Shown: one piece after another, positions 47,708 to 57,601 of the stretch
Position numbering within the stretch: position 1 is the first letter of the stretch
Layout: each line of letters starts with the position of its first letter
From: a bacterium
Lineage (GTDB): Bacteria > Patescibacteriota > Microgenomatia > UBA1400 > UBA12108
Assembly: GCA_021788365.1 (NCBI GenBank)
Contig: JAJYKS010000003.1
Coordinates: forward strand, 73,810 to 137,809
Length of the DNA stretch: 64,000 nt
Reading direction: 5' to 3'
Notes under the pieces: model-generated
What the model was told of the DNA's origin: nothing
Seen by the model: the letters and a program-made list of their open reading frames with translations, nothing else
Database searches by the model: none
Position numbers and translations under genes: made by a program

Positions 47708-48502
47708 ATGTCTGAAACAAACTTAGTTGACGAGAAGCTGATACAAAATCCTGCTAAGAGCAAATTTGACAGTGTTTTGAGAAATATACAGGAACACCTT
47801 TTTGTTACTCCAGATAGTGTTGTATATCGGAACGTTATGAAGAATTGGCTTCAATCTACCAAAAATAAAGTTGGAGTTGATGATCTGGTATTTTTTCCTA
47901 CTGGGTCAGTGGCAGTGGGAATGGTTAGTATAGAAGCTGGAAGTGATATTGATGGAGTGGTTGTATACAGTTGTACTTCGGATAAAACTGACTCGGTTAG
48001 CACAGCTCTTGTAAACGTAGATTTACCAGAAGAATTTAATCCATTTTTGGTAATGTCTCGAGTAGAAAACAGGATTGAAGGTTTTTTTGAGCGAGTTGAT
48101 GATGTTCTTATGATGAATAGACCTAGCATGACAGATGAGATAGCGCTGCTGTTTGCTCCAAGCCTATCTGAGTTGAGTGATGAGGCAGAAAAGTCACTTG
48201 TTGATGGATGGAGAAAACAGGTTATCGCTAAACTTGCTTTGTTACCGGAAGGAAAAGGTGAGTTGGTGTGGGGCTTGATGTGTGGATGGCTTGAGAAGCA
48301 GTTTGTCCACTATGAGGAGAGTGATGGGGGCGACCAAGAGAAAAGAAAAATCCGAGTAGAGTCTGTGATTGACAAAAAGATTTCTGAAAGAATCTCAGAT
48401 GATGGTGAGCGAAGGGAGAGGGCAAAGACTTTTATTGATAGTCTTAGGAGTACTTTTCACTACCCGAGTTTTGATGAAATGGTACTAGCTTATTTCAACT
48501 AG
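47708..48502 (+). CDS. Pol-beta superfamily nucleotidyltransferase-like protein
   Basis: PTGSVAVG...SDIDGVV (GS-x-DxD) motif. Confidence 0.65.
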   Translation: MSETNLVDEKLIQNPAKSKFDSVLRNIQEHLFVTPDSVVYRNVMKNWLQSTKNKVGVDDLVFFPTGSVAVGMVSIEAGSDIDGVVVYSCTSDKTDSVSTALVNVDLPEEFNPFLVMSRVENRIEGFFERVDDVLMMNRPSMTDEIALLFAPSLSELSDEAEKSLVDGWRKQVIAKLALLPEGKGELVWGLMCGWLEKQFVHYEESDGGDQEKRKIRVESVIDKKISERISDDGERRERAKTFIDSLRSTFHYPSFDEMVLAYFN

Positions 48503-48540
48503 CTACATCAGACTGGTTTTGATGCCACGATTGCGTTCTG

Positions 48541-48565
48541 AATTGACTCTAGTACGGGGAGCAAG
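48541..48565 (+). repeat. att-like 25-bp direct repeat, copy 2
   Basis: Identical AATTGACTCTAGTACGGGGAGCAAG. Confidence 0.85.
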
Positions 48566-48682
48566 GCGTCTGAGAACTTATAATCTCAAGGCGTAATTTG
48601 GTAAAAATGACCTAGGTAGGTCAGTCTTCAGAGGTCACTCGGATAAGCCCTATAGTTTGTTTATGTGATATACTGCTCGGTT

Positions 48683-48943
48683 ATGCCAGAGACATTTAAG
48701 TGTTTTACGCTGTGTCCATATTTTGAGTGGGTGAGTGAAGATGGGCGTTCTGCATTTGTCCGATGCAAGGCACTCCCAGGTGGAACCGAATTTGAGGTGA
48801 TACCGGCAGGCGACTCTGCACCGGAGTTTTTTGAGGGTGTTAGAGAAGGGAAAGATATGAAACTCCCATATCCCTGCCAGGTGGTGGAGCCAACATTGAT
48901 TACCACAATTGCTTTATATATTTCTAATAAGAACAAAGATTGA
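48683..48943 (+). CDS. Small hypothetical protein
   Basis: TATACT 8 nt before ATG; four Cys. Confidence 0.45.
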   Translation: MPETFKCFTLCPYFEWVSEDGRSAFVRCKALPGGTEFEVIPAGDSAPEFFEGVREGKDMKLPYPCQVVEPTLITTIALYISNKNKD

Positions 48944-48954
48944 TAGGCAGCAAT

Positions 48955-49221
48955 ATGACCTATTCACCTGAAGATGTTGCCGCGATGTATGAGACGATGA
49001 CCGGCGAGGAAATCGCTGCGCTTACTGGACTTGCTTTGCTGAAGGTGTATGAGTTGGCGCGTGAGGGTGGAGCTGATATTCGTCCCCGTGGTCACAGACC
49101 TGTTTTAGAGAGCCCGGGACTTGATGTGCTTCAAGAAATGCTTGCCAATGCTTCACAACGTGAAGTTGCAGAGCAGCTGGGTGTTAGCAAACGGACAGTC
49201 CAGAGGTGGCTGGGTAAGTAG
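48955..49221 (+). CDS. Helix-turn-helix protein
   Basis: SQREVAEQLGVSKRTVQRW HTH and a second HTH-like segment. Confidence 0.75.
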   Translation: MTYSPEDVAAMYETMTGEEIAALTGLALLKVYELAREGGADIRPRGHRPVLESPGLDVLQEMLANASQREVAEQLGVSKRTVQRWLGK

Positions 49222-49370
49222 GTTGTCGAGCGTCCGAGTAAGCTCGTGAACTGAGTGCAGCGTTTGATTTTGACATAACTAGGGAAGTTAATATTAGATA
49301 TGGTTAAGTAGAAGGTATCGAGGTGTGGAAACTTCAGTTGACATCCTAGTCTTATAGTATAATACACTTG

Positions 49371-49736
49371 ATGAGTGAACATCTGAGTCAATTTGTCGAA
49401 ATTGTACATATTGATCGAGCAAGTGTTGCGACTGGAGAAGGCCTTGTAGAGCAGAACATTAGGCGACTGATAAGTGCTGGGATAGAAGTACACTTTGTGT
49501 CTCCTGACGTAGATCTAGCAGTTCCTGTTTATACGGCGATGCCAGACAAAGATGTGAGTATAGTTTTGGGAGGAAAATATTTTAGCAATGGTCCAACAAT
49601 GCATGGACATGATTGTGTCGACAGAAGGGCAGCAGCTTGGAAAACTTTGGGATACTGCGTAATAATAAATCCGGAGATTACAATGACGGATGCAGAGGCT
49701 CAGTGGACGAGGTCGGATCAGGAATTCTCTGACTAG
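49371..49736 (+). CDS. Hypothetical protein
   Basis: Strong TTGACA-17bp-TATAAT promoter directly upstream. Confidence 0.6.
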   Translation: MSEHLSQFVEIVHIDRASVATGEGLVEQNIRRLISAGIEVHFVSPDVDLAVPVYTAMPDKDVSIVLGGKYFSNGPTMHGHDCVDRRAAAWKTLGYCVIINPEITMTDAEAQWTRSDQEFSD

Positions 49737-49920
49737 CGTGAGATGGTGATCGACGACTCTTGTGAGTGGGGGATTTGGAAATGATAATGTAGTCGGAACA
49801 AGCTAACTACTTTCCGAGTAGTTTGAACGTTCTCCACGATGGGGAACACTACCTTAGGTTTTCTTAGAGTTTCTACAGAATTAGGTAGTCAGTGAATGAT
49901 AAGAAGAATCAACAAATTTT

Positions 49921-50115
49921 ACAATAGAAAAGGCGAGGGCACGGTGGGTGCTCTATTATGTGGACACGCCAATGGACAAGATGCGGGTCCGCACGGCACA
50001 GCGGACGATACACCCAGGTACTGACTCGTTCGAGATTAGTGAGGAACTGTTTGAGAGCTACGTGAAATATTGGGAGCCGCCCGCGGCGGACGAGCAGTAT
50101 ACGCTCGCCGCATAA
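49921..50115 (+). pseudogene. 5'-truncated remnant of a P-loop kinase (AAA_33-like) C-terminus
   Basis: Frame reads VLYYVDTPMDKMRVR...FEISEELFESY..WEPPAADE; in-frame stops upstream and no P-loop. Confidence 0.45.
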
Positions 50116-50119
50116 ACGC

Positions 50120-51172
50120 TTACTTTTGCGGGAATGATTTCTTCATGTCGATTACATATCTTTTCGACATTTTTTTGCCAATGAGTGCGTCCCAGGCCTT
50201 ATTAATATCTTGGATTTGTATAACCTCAATTTCGGGGAGGATATTGTACTTGGCGCTGTAGTCTAGCATCTCCTGGGTTTCTTTGATGCCGCCTATGCCT
50301 GAGCCCGCGATGGATTTTTGGCCATTTATAACCATGCCCGAATGAAAGCCCGGCATTGGTTCTATGGGTCCTACCAGACAAAGCGTGCCGTGGACATTCA
50401 GGAGACTGAGATATGGTGTGACGTCGTGTCCTGACGGGATTGTGTCGAGAAGAAAGTCGAATGTATGCGCCGCGCGTGCTAAATCTTCCTTGGAGGTTGA
50501 GACGATGATCCCTTTTGCCCCGTACGCCTTTGCGGCCTTTTCTTTGGCCTTTGAGGAGGTTATGACCCAGACCTCGGCACCCATTTTCTTGGCGTATTTG
50601 ACTCCCATGTGTCCGAGTCCGCCAAGGCCGATAATGCCGACTTTCATGTTTTTCCCGATTTTCCAGTGCCGCAGAGGGGAGTAGGTCGTGATACCTGCGC
50701 AAAGTAGCGGTGCAGCTTGTGCCATATCCAGCGATTTGGGTAGATGTAGCACGAAATGCTCGGGTACCACTATCAGTGTCGAGTAGCCGCCTTTTGTATC
50801 CGTCCCATCGACGGGGTCTTTTGAGCTATATGTCCAGACAGTTTCATTGAAACAGCTGTTTTCGTACCCCTTTTTACAGGCTTCGCACGTTCCACAGCTC
50901 CCCACCATGCAGCCCACACCAACCCTATCACCGGGCTTGAAGTGCTTTACGGATTTGCCAACGCGCGTGACGATACCTACGATTTCGTGACCTGGCACAC
51001 ACGGGTACGCTACCTCTCCCCATTCACCTTTTGCCGTGTGGATGTCACTATGGCAGACGCCACAGTAGTGAATGTCGATTTCTACATCGGTGCTTTTGGG
51101 CTCGCGCCGCTCGAATTCGTAGTATTCGAGTGGCTTTTTTGACGAGGGAGCGGCGAACGACTTTGCTTTCAT
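50120..51172 (-). CDS. Zn-dependent NAD(P) alcohol dehydrogenase (cinnamyl/YahK-like)
   Basis: CGVCHSD, GHEIVG, structural Zn CxxCxxC, GLGGLG. Confidence 0.93.
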   Translation of the reverse strand: MKAKSFAAPSSKKPLEYYEFERREPKSTDVEIDIHYCGVCHSDIHTAKGEWGEVAYPCVPGHEIVGIVTRVGKSVKHFKPGDRVGVGCMVGSCGTCEACKKGYENSCFNETVWTYSSKDPVDGTDTKGGYSTLIVVPEHFVLHLPKSLDMAQAAPLLCAGITTYSPLRHWKIGKNMKVGIIGLGGLGHMGVKYAKKMGAEVWVITSSKAKEKAAKAYGAKGIIVSTSKEDLARAAHTFDFLLDTIPSGHDVTPYLSLLNVHGTLCLVGPIEPMPGFHSGMVINGQKSIAGSGIGGIKETQEMLDYSAKYNILPEIEVIQIQDINKAWDALIGKKMSKRYVIDMKKSFPQK

Positions 51173-51191
51173 AGGCTATATTGTACAGTAT

Positions 51192-51884
51192 ATGGCTATG
51201 GTGATACATAAATATTTTGGTATCGACGGCGCGGCAGAATCCACGGGAGTAACCGTTGTCATCGATATTTTTCGTGCCGCAACGACGGCAGCATATTTAC
51301 TCGGTAGAGGGGTGGATAAAGTATTGCCGGTTGCGACAAAAGAGGAAGCCTTCCTGTATAAGAAGCAGAATCCCGATTGTTTACTTGTGGGGGAGGAGCA
51401 CGGTATAAAAATTGAAGGATTTAATCTTGGGAATTCTCCGTACGAAGTTAGTAGCGCAAGCGGCTTGAAAGGGAAAATTGCAGTCCATAGGAGCTCGGCG
51501 GGGACACAGGGGGTGGTAAACGCTACAGGGGCGTCTGAAATTATATTTGGTAGCTTTGCCACCTGCAGTGCGGTTGCCGGCTATATAGAGGCAAGAAATC
51601 CGATGACTGTTTCGATTGTAGCGATGGATGGGGCGGGGAGCGAGGACGATCTGTACGCTGATTACTTGATCGCGAAGCTCACTAAAAAAGAGCCAAAACC
51701 CATTGAAGAGATTGTTGAGTTTATGCGGCATCACCCTGGGGGTTGGCGGTTCTTGGATCCCAATAATAGAGAATTTCCTGAGCAGGATTTTTACCTTTGC
51801 CTGTCACTGGACGCCTTCCATTTTGTACCTTTGTTGCGAGGGGGCTATCTTGAAAAGGTAGTACGCGTTGCGGATGACGGATAA
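51192..51884 (+). CDS. comB: 2-phosphosulfolactate phosphatase family protein
   Basis: VVIDIFRAATT, GEE, LGNSP, SSAGT, ED motifs. Confidence 0.85.
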   Translation: MAMVIHKYFGIDGAAESTGVTVVIDIFRAATTAAYLLGRGVDKVLPVATKEEAFLYKKQNPDCLLVGEEHGIKIEGFNLGNSPYEVSSASGLKGKIAVHRSSAGTQGVVNATGASEIIFGSFATCSAVAGYIEARNPMTVSIVAMDGAGSEDDLYADYLIAKLTKKEPKPIEEIVEFMRHHPGGWRFLDPNNREFPEQDFYLCLSLDAFHFVPLLRGGYLEKVVRVADDG

Positions 51885-51909
51885 TACTTTTTATTGATAA
51901 AATTACGTT

Positions 51910-52212
51910 ATGGTTCGACAGATTTCGGGTGGTGTTGTGCATGAGTTGCCAGATGATTTGCGGGTGGCGCTTGCTGCCGACCCAGCGTCGCATGCTTTGT
52001 GGGAATCTCTGACTCCCTTGGCTCGCAATGAGTGGATCTGCTGGACAATGTTCCCCAAACGCGAAGCAACGAGGTCTCAGCATGTGGCGCGTGTCGTTAG
52101 CGAGCTTAAAGAGGGGATGCGGCGGCCCTGCTGCTGGATTGGGTGTATCCACCGAAAGGATAAAGAGATTAGTCCATCGGTGAAAGGAATTCTGGCTAGG
52201 CGAGCGAAGTAG
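51910..52212 (+). CDS. YdeI/OmpD-associated family protein
   Basis: LPDDL..AL, WESLTPLARNEWICW, RRPCCW. Confidence 0.8.
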   Translation: MVRQISGGVVHELPDDLRVALAADPASHALWESLTPLARNEWICWTMFPKREATRSQHVARVVSELKEGMRRPCCWIGCIHRKDKEISPSVKGILARRAK

Positions 52213-52220
52213 TTGTGGTT

Positions 52221-53066
52221 TTAGTGCATGTTGCCGCGAGTCCCTTGGTTGACGTTCTCTTGGTTCATGAGACCGGCGTAGGGATTCTCGCGGAGCTGTA
52301 CGTAGCCCTCGAGCGGATTGCCATAGGGATAGCCGGGGGCGGGAGTGTGGACGAACTGTCCGTTATCGCACTGGTATCCGGCATTATCTGCCTGTTGTTT
52401 TGTCAGGATAAAGTCGCTCGGCTTGTAACCCATGGCAGCGTAGGGGGCAAAGGCTTCCGGTGTCATGTACTGGAAGATGGAAAGATAGACCATTCTACCC
52501 GTCACGAGTGGCGCTTCGTAGGCGATGTCCATACCGTCCATGGGGCCGATCGTGCCCACGAGCTCTCCCGACTTGACCTTGCTCCCCACGTGGAGCGAGG
52601 GGAGAAGATCGATGTGGAAGAGACGTACGTAAAAAGCGGGATTTTTGGCGGCGGCGATGTGGACCTGCGTCCCAATCGGCGTTTGCTCGGCAACATTTGC
52701 TGTAATCGTGCCGTCGAACGGCGCATACACATTTATGTTCGGGTGGCCGGGGGTGGGATGGGAGCGTACCGGCATGTTGTTTGCCGAGTTTTGACTCCAG
52801 TTAAAGTAGTTTTTCATGCTGCGGCACGTCTCGCCGTCCCAAGAGTTCATGGAATAGTCGTGGCCAGCGTCGGAGCGGAAGCGGGAGACGGCAAAGATCT
52901 GATCCAGCTGCACGGGGTTGGCGGTTATCGGGGGCACGTCCGTTGGGTTGAACGATAGGAGGGGGTGAAACGTGAAGTAGCCATATGTCCCCATGCCAAG
53001 CACACTGAGTACTATGGCACCGAGTATATACCTCCAGACATTTTTCTTTGCTACTGGTTTACTCAT
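52221..53066 (-). CDS. Secreted protein with M23/barrel-sandwich-like region
   Basis: N-terminal TM; VYAPFDGTI, FHI, GSKVKSGELVG. Confidence 0.6.
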   Translation of the reverse strand: MSKPVAKKNVWRYILGAIVLSVLGMGTYGYFTFHPLLSFNPTDVPPITANPVQLDQIFAVSRFRSDAGHDYSMNSWDGETCRSMKNYFNWSQNSANNMPVRSHPTPGHPNINVYAPFDGTITANVAEQTPIGTQVHIAAAKNPAFYVRLFHIDLLPSLHVGSKVKSGELVGTIGPMDGMDIAYEAPLVTGRMVYLSIFQYMTPEAFAPYAAMGYKPSDFILTKQQADNAGYQCDNGQFVHTPAPGYPYGNPLEGYVQLRENPYAGLMNQENVNQGTRGNMH

Positions 53067-53096
53067 ACTACAACGGTACTGCTTTTATGGAAGAAG

Positions 53097-53690
53097 TCAA
53101 CGAGTCTGTTTGGTTTTGTGGGGTGGGGGGAATTTGAGGAGTGCGGGCCAATTGATTTTGCCGACTACAACGACAGCGGCAATCGTGAAGAGCGAGGCGA
53201 ATAGGCTCTTGCCGGCAAGACCGTGGGCCTTGAAAATAATGTCGAGGCTACTGACAAAGTGATACGTGGCTGTGGTCCAGAATGAGTAGCTTACTGTTTT
53301 GCCTATGATAAAGGCAAGTATGAGTACATCGAGACGTACATTTGATAGTCCAGCCATAATGAAAAGTGCATTGCTCGAAATGGGGGCGAAGGCGTATCCC
53401 AAGACGAGGGGTATGGTTATTTTTTGATTGTGCTCCAGGTAATGACCGAGATAGGCGTAGTTGGCGTAGAATTTCTTTGGGAGGAATGGACCTAACCAGT
53501 ACCGAGAAATAAGGGCGAGCGCGATGCGTCCAAACGTTGACCCTGCAACGCCAACCGCGACGGTTATGGGAAGGGGGAGGTGATAGGTTAGGTAGAAAAA
53601 AGAGACAACGGTCCAAGTGGGCGGCATAAATGCAGGGAAGGCGTTTATCGCAAATACGACGATGAAGAAAATGAGCAGTGTTGTGGGCAT
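53097..53690 (-). CDS. DedA/VTT-like membrane protein
   Basis: Multiple TMs; PAFMPPTW motif. Confidence 0.65.
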   Translation of the reverse strand: MPTTLLIFFIVVFAINAFPAFMPPTWTVVSFFYLTYHLPLPITVAVGVAGSTFGRIALALISRYWLGPFLPKKFYANYAYLGHYLEHNQKITIPLVLGYAFAPISSNALFIMAGLSNVRLDVLILAFIIGKTVSYSFWTTATYHFVSSLDIIFKAHGLAGKSLFASLFTIAAVVVVGKINWPALLKFPPPHKTKQTR

Positions 53691-53698
53691 GGGATCGA

Positions 53699-54751
53699 TT
53701 ATACCGATAGGTGATGTTTAGTAGGCGTGAGTTTTAGGCGTTTGGCTGCTGCATCTAAGACTTGGCCAATCAGCATAGTAAAGTCCCACCCCGCCGCGCG
53801 AGCGGCTATCGTAAAGAATGACGATTCGGCTGGATCTGACATGAGGCCAGGGGGATGGTTGATTTCTAATACAAATGGCTTTCCGGCGGAGTCGAGACGA
53901 ATATCAAGTCTGCCGAAATCACGACAGCCAATCGCGTGGTAGGCACGGAGACTTATGTCTATTAACTCCTCTTCGAGTTTTTTCTCAATCTTTGCGGGGC
54001 AGAACTCGGTTTCTTCTGCCACGCCGGTTACCCCATACACAAACTTGGCTTCGTACGTATCGATTGCGGCGCTACCTTTGGGGAAAGCAGCGAAGTTAAT
54101 CTCGATAATCGGCAGGGTACGTGCTTCTCTTCCATTTCCGACGATACCGATCGTAAACTCTCGGCCAGGAAGAAATTGCTCCACAAGCGCGTCTTCGTGA
54201 TAGGTATCTAGAATGGTTGCGACGGCGTGATCCAACTCTTTTTGGTTGTGTACGATCGAGGTGTTGTGAATACCTACGCCGGATCCGTCGGCGTTTGGTT
54301 TTACGAGGAGTGGATAGGTGAGTCCGGGATCTAGCGTCACTTTTTTATGACTTATTAATTGGGAAGGGGTGACGGGGACACCTGCATATTTCCAGATTTG
54401 CTTGGTACGGAATTTGTTGAGAATGAGCGCTGAGGCAAGTGGACCGGGCCCGGTGTAGGGGATGCCGAGAATTTCGCAGAGCATGGGAACCTGTGCTTCC
54501 CTGTCTGCTCCCTGCATGTTTACGCCTTCAGTGTAGTTGAAGAGTAGATCGGTCGTCGCTTTTACTTCCTGGAGCTTTGTGTAGAAGTCAGCTTCTATCG
54601 GGAGGTAGTGTACGCTGTTCCCATTTGCCTCTATGGCATCTCCGATTGCCTTGATCGTTTTCCATTCGTCACCTTCGATATATCGCTCAAGCGACGGATC
54701 GTTCCGATCGATATTTGTTGGGCGGAGATTGTAGGCAAGTGTTATCTGCAT
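53699..54751 (-). CDS. D-Ala-D-Ala ligase-like ATP-grasp protein
   Basis: GIPYTG, VKPNADGSGVGI, EQFLPGREF, RLDIR, LEIN..PGL. Confidence 0.85.
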   Translation of the reverse strand: MQITLAYNLRPTNIDRNDPSLERYIEGDEWKTIKAIGDAIEANGNSVHYLPIEADFYTKLQEVKATTDLLFNYTEGVNMQGADREAQVPMLCEILGIPYTGPGPLASALILNKFRTKQIWKYAGVPVTPSQLISHKKVTLDPGLTYPLLVKPNADGSGVGIHNTSIVHNQKELDHAVATILDTYHEDALVEQFLPGREFTIGIVGNGREARTLPIIEINFAAFPKGSAAIDTYEAKFVYGVTGVAEETEFCPAKIEKKLEEELIDISLRAYHAIGCRDFGRLDIRLDSAGKPFVLEINHPPGLMSDPAESSFFTIAARAAGWDFTMLIGQVLDAAAKRLKLTPTKHHLSV

Positions 54752-54949
54752 GTAGGTAATAATAGGGTATGGTAGCGCATGCTGCAATTCATTTTGTCCT
54801 ATAACTTGTATTTAATCTTTGTGTGTGATAGACTTTGCTTCTTAGATAACACCGAATTTTTAGGTGCGAGATTTTGAACTAGAAGAGATCTGCTTAATTG
54901 CAGACAGGTTTGGGGTCTTTCCTAAAGGTTATTTGGTAGAAAGATAGAT

Positions 54950-56116
54950 ATGACGTATCCACGTCGACATTTTGGTCGCGGCCGCTCTGGTGGCCAACGC
55001 GCAAATAAAATTCGCTACATGCAGGTAGATCCGCGTATGCTGATCAAAAAGGCTGAGCCGCGTGAGGCACATGCCTACCTGCCGCAGCATACCTTTGCCG
55101 AGCTTGGTCTTGCCGAGATTCTTGCGGGGAATGTGGCGGCAAAAGGGTATACCACCCCCACCGCAATCCAGGACCAGATTATTCCCGCAATACTTACGGG
55201 TCGCGACGCCATGGGGCTTGCTGCAACGGGCACGGGTAAAACGGCGGCATTCTTGCTGCCAATTCTGACGAAACTACTTCGTGATCCTGGGCAAAAGGCA
55301 CTCATTATCACTCCGACTCGCGAGCTTGCTGCGCAGATTGTCGAGGAGGGTCGCGCGCTTTCCCGTACAGCTCGCCTGTATTTTGCAATCGTCATCGGTG
55401 GAATGAATATCAACCGGCAAATATCTGACTTGCGGCGACACCCGCAGATAGTCGTTGGTACACCAGGTCGCATCAAGGACTTGACGGAGCGCGGTGAACT
55501 GCGGCTTTCGGAATACGCGACGGTAGTTCTCGACGAAGTAGATCGTATGCTCGACATGGGTTTTGTTCATGATATAACCGAAATTGTGTCGCGTTTGCCC
55601 TCTGTGCGTCAGTCGCTTTTCTTTTCTGCCACTATGGGTGATAAAGCGCGCGCGGTTGCAGCAACCTTCTTACACGACCCAGTCGTCGTGCAAACAGAGT
55701 CGCAGCGGGCGAGTGACAATGTAGATCAGGATATTGTGAAACTAGAGGGACGGAACAAGATCGATGTTTTGCATGACCTGCTCATACAGCCTGGTTTTGA
55801 TAGAGTCCTTGTTTTTGGGCGTACGAAGCACGGCATGGAACGATTGTCTCGAACGCTCACCGAGCGGGGGTTTCGGACTGCGGCAATACACGGAAACAAA
55901 ACTCAGAGCCAAAGACAGCGGGCACTTTCCGCATTTAAAAATAGCGAAGTAAAAGTACTTCTCGCAACAGACGTGGCGGCGCGAGGAATAGATATCGACA
56001 GCGTGACGCACGTCATCAACTACGAGCTGCCAGAGACGTACGACGACTATATCCACCGCATCGGCCGCACCGGCCGGGCAGACAAAACGGGGGTAGCCCT
56101 CACGTTTATCGACTAA
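54950..56116 (+). CDS. DEAD-box RNA helicase
   Basis: Q motif, ATGTGKT, PTRELA, DEVD, SAT, HRIGRTGR. Confidence 0.95.
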   Translation: MTYPRRHFGRGRSGGQRANKIRYMQVDPRMLIKKAEPREAHAYLPQHTFAELGLAEILAGNVAAKGYTTPTAIQDQIIPAILTGRDAMGLAATGTGKTAAFLLPILTKLLRDPGQKALIITPTRELAAQIVEEGRALSRTARLYFAIVIGGMNINRQISDLRRHPQIVVGTPGRIKDLTERGELRLSEYATVVLDEVDRMLDMGFVHDITEIVSRLPSVRQSLFFSATMGDKARAVAATFLHDPVVVQTESQRASDNVDQDIVKLEGRNKIDVLHDLLIQPGFDRVLVFGRTKHGMERLSRTLTERGFRTAAIHGNKTQSQRQRALSAFKNSEVKVLLATDVAARGIDIDSVTHVINYELPETYDDYIHRIGRTGRADKTGVALTFID

Positions 56117-56412
56117 GACTCTTTTAATTCGAGTTTTTGGAACCAGCCGCGACGATACATCTCGAGGATAACGGCGTAGACGGCAATGTCTTTGACGTTG
56201 TCTTCGATGCTCTCATTTTCCGGTTTTTTGCTGGGGTCCATGAGCAAGTTTTTCAGCCGCTCGATTTTTTCTGCGAGGCGAAAGGTGATACCCAGCTCTT
56301 TAATGGAGAGGATATTGCCCTTGCCGTAGTCGTGATGTTTTTTGACGAATGTTTTGCCCATTTCGTCGCAAATCTGCATGAACGCTTCGTCCAAATATTG
56401 TGGGTCTTGCAT
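56113..56412 (-). CDS. DUF1599-like (nucleotide-modification-associated, all-alpha) protein
   Basis: KKHHDYG..., RLAEKIERL, ESIEDNVKDIAVY pattern. Confidence 0.7.
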   Translation of the reverse strand: MQDPQYLDEAFMQICDEMGKTFVKKHHDYGKGNILSIKELGITFRLAEKIERLKNLLMDPSKKPENESIEDNVKDIAVYAVILEMYRRGWFQKLELKES

Positions 56413-56441
56413 ACTGACTCCTTTCAATTCCTCCGTGCCAA

Positions 56442-56942
56442 TTATCTAGTGACGAGTTTTTGAGTAGCGGTGTTGTAGCACTCGGGGATAAGGGAAGTGG
56501 GGAAGGTGGGATAGGGGACAAGTGCGGTACAGTCAATTATCCCGTTGCCATCCCAGACGAGGTGCCAGGACCCCCCAGTTTTGGCGGCGAACCAGATGCC
56601 GCCGCCCGCGCCGGCGCTCGCCATACCCTTGGCGTAGTCGCTTGATAGGGTAGAGACGGTGATAGCCATACTGGCTGCGTCCGCGCCGTGCTCGGCTACG
56701 AGACCGGCTTTCACGGCGGCAACTAGCGTTCCCGTTTCGTCTACCGATGCGGCGGGCTTTGGTGAGGGAGTGGTAGCGGCAGCGCTATCTGCGGGCGCGG
56801 CGCTACGCACCGGATTTGTAGAGGGAATCGGCGCTGTACCGTGAGACGCGCCGAACGTGTAGGCCGCGTAGGCGACGGCGCCCATTACCATGAGAACAAG
56901 GGTAATTTTTCCGAAAACAGCAAAGAAGGTGTTACCGTTCAT
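56442..56942 (-). CDS. Secreted hypothetical protein
   Basis: TM, Pro/Ala-rich linker, GGxWFA..W and C..C domain. Confidence 0.7.
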   Translation of the reverse strand: MNGNTFFAVFGKITLVLMVMGAVAYAAYTFGASHGTAPIPSTNPVRSAAPADSAAATTPSPKPAASVDETGTLVAAVKAGLVAEHGADAASMAITVSTLSSDYAKGMASAGAGGGIWFAAKTGGSWHLVWDGNGIIDCTALVPYPTFPTSLIPECYNTATQKLVTR

Positions 56943-56975
56943 ACTACTAGCATAGCAAAGTGTGCAATGGGGGTG

Positions 56976-57380
56976 TTAGCCCTTTCTGGTGAGACCCCAG
57001 CAGTAGGCGAAGACGGCGAGAAGGAACCCTAGTGACATGAGGTAGGAGAAGATGTCTATTTGGGTGGAGACAAAGCGTTCCCCGCCTACCCACGAAAGGA
57101 GAATGCCGACAAGGCCGAGATAGGCGGGGATTTTCCAGGCAGCCGCCCGTAATTTCGCAGCGCGAACCACGAGGGCAACGGCGCCGAGGAGGAGGCCGGT
57201 GCCAATAACTACGTGGAGGGCAACGAACGGGTTGCCCATGGCGTAGATCCAGCGAGTGTGAATGTCGGCGGATTTGGAAAATTCGACAAAAAGATTAGCA
57301 TACATGCCGAGCGCGTACTGGATGGCTAGGAAAGAAAGAAGGCCATAGGTATGGTAGTGAAGTTTTTTGTTTGTGTCCAT
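56976..57380 (-). CDS. Four-TM membrane protein
   Basis: Four hydrophobic helices. Confidence 0.7.
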   Translation of the reverse strand: MDTNKKLHYHTYGLLSFLAIQYALGMYANLFVEFSKSADIHTRWIYAMGNPFVALHVVIGTGLLLGAVALVVRAAKLRAAAWKIPAYLGLVGILLSWVGGERFVSTQIDIFSYLMSLGFLLAVFAYCWGLTRKG

Positions 57381-57458
57381 AACTATAGACTATGATAGCA
57401 CTAGTTTATGATTTGTGCTTAAGTAGTGCTAGTAATGTTTAGCTAGAAAGGAGCCTTT

Positions 57459-57593
57459 ATGGCAGGATACGGAAACCGATCAGTGTGGCAGTGGATAGTG
57501 TTGTATCTGATAATCGGCGGCGCCATCTACTACGCCGTGTATTATTTCTTTTTTCGGCATACTGGATATAGCTACCCACGTTATTCATACTAA
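57459..57593 (+). CDS. 44-aa Tyr-rich single-TM peptide (not in ORF track)
   Basis: AAAGGAG RBS; MAGYGNRSVWQWIVLYLIIGGAIYYAVYYFFF. Confidence 0.6.
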   Translation: MAGYGNRSVWQWIVLYLIIGGAIYYAVYYFFFRHTGYSYPRYSY

Positions 57594-57601
57594 GAAAATT
57601 T

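Noticed and set aside
52215-52958. 247-aa + strand ORF (also 3296-4162 and 36756-37618 on the - strand)
   Set aside because: Fully antisense to better-supported genes and without recognisable motifs.
54830-54945. Riboswitch upstream of the DEAD-box helicase
   Set aside because: Only a short TCTGC/GCAGA hairpin is evident; long leaders are common for these genes and no aptamer motif is recognisable.
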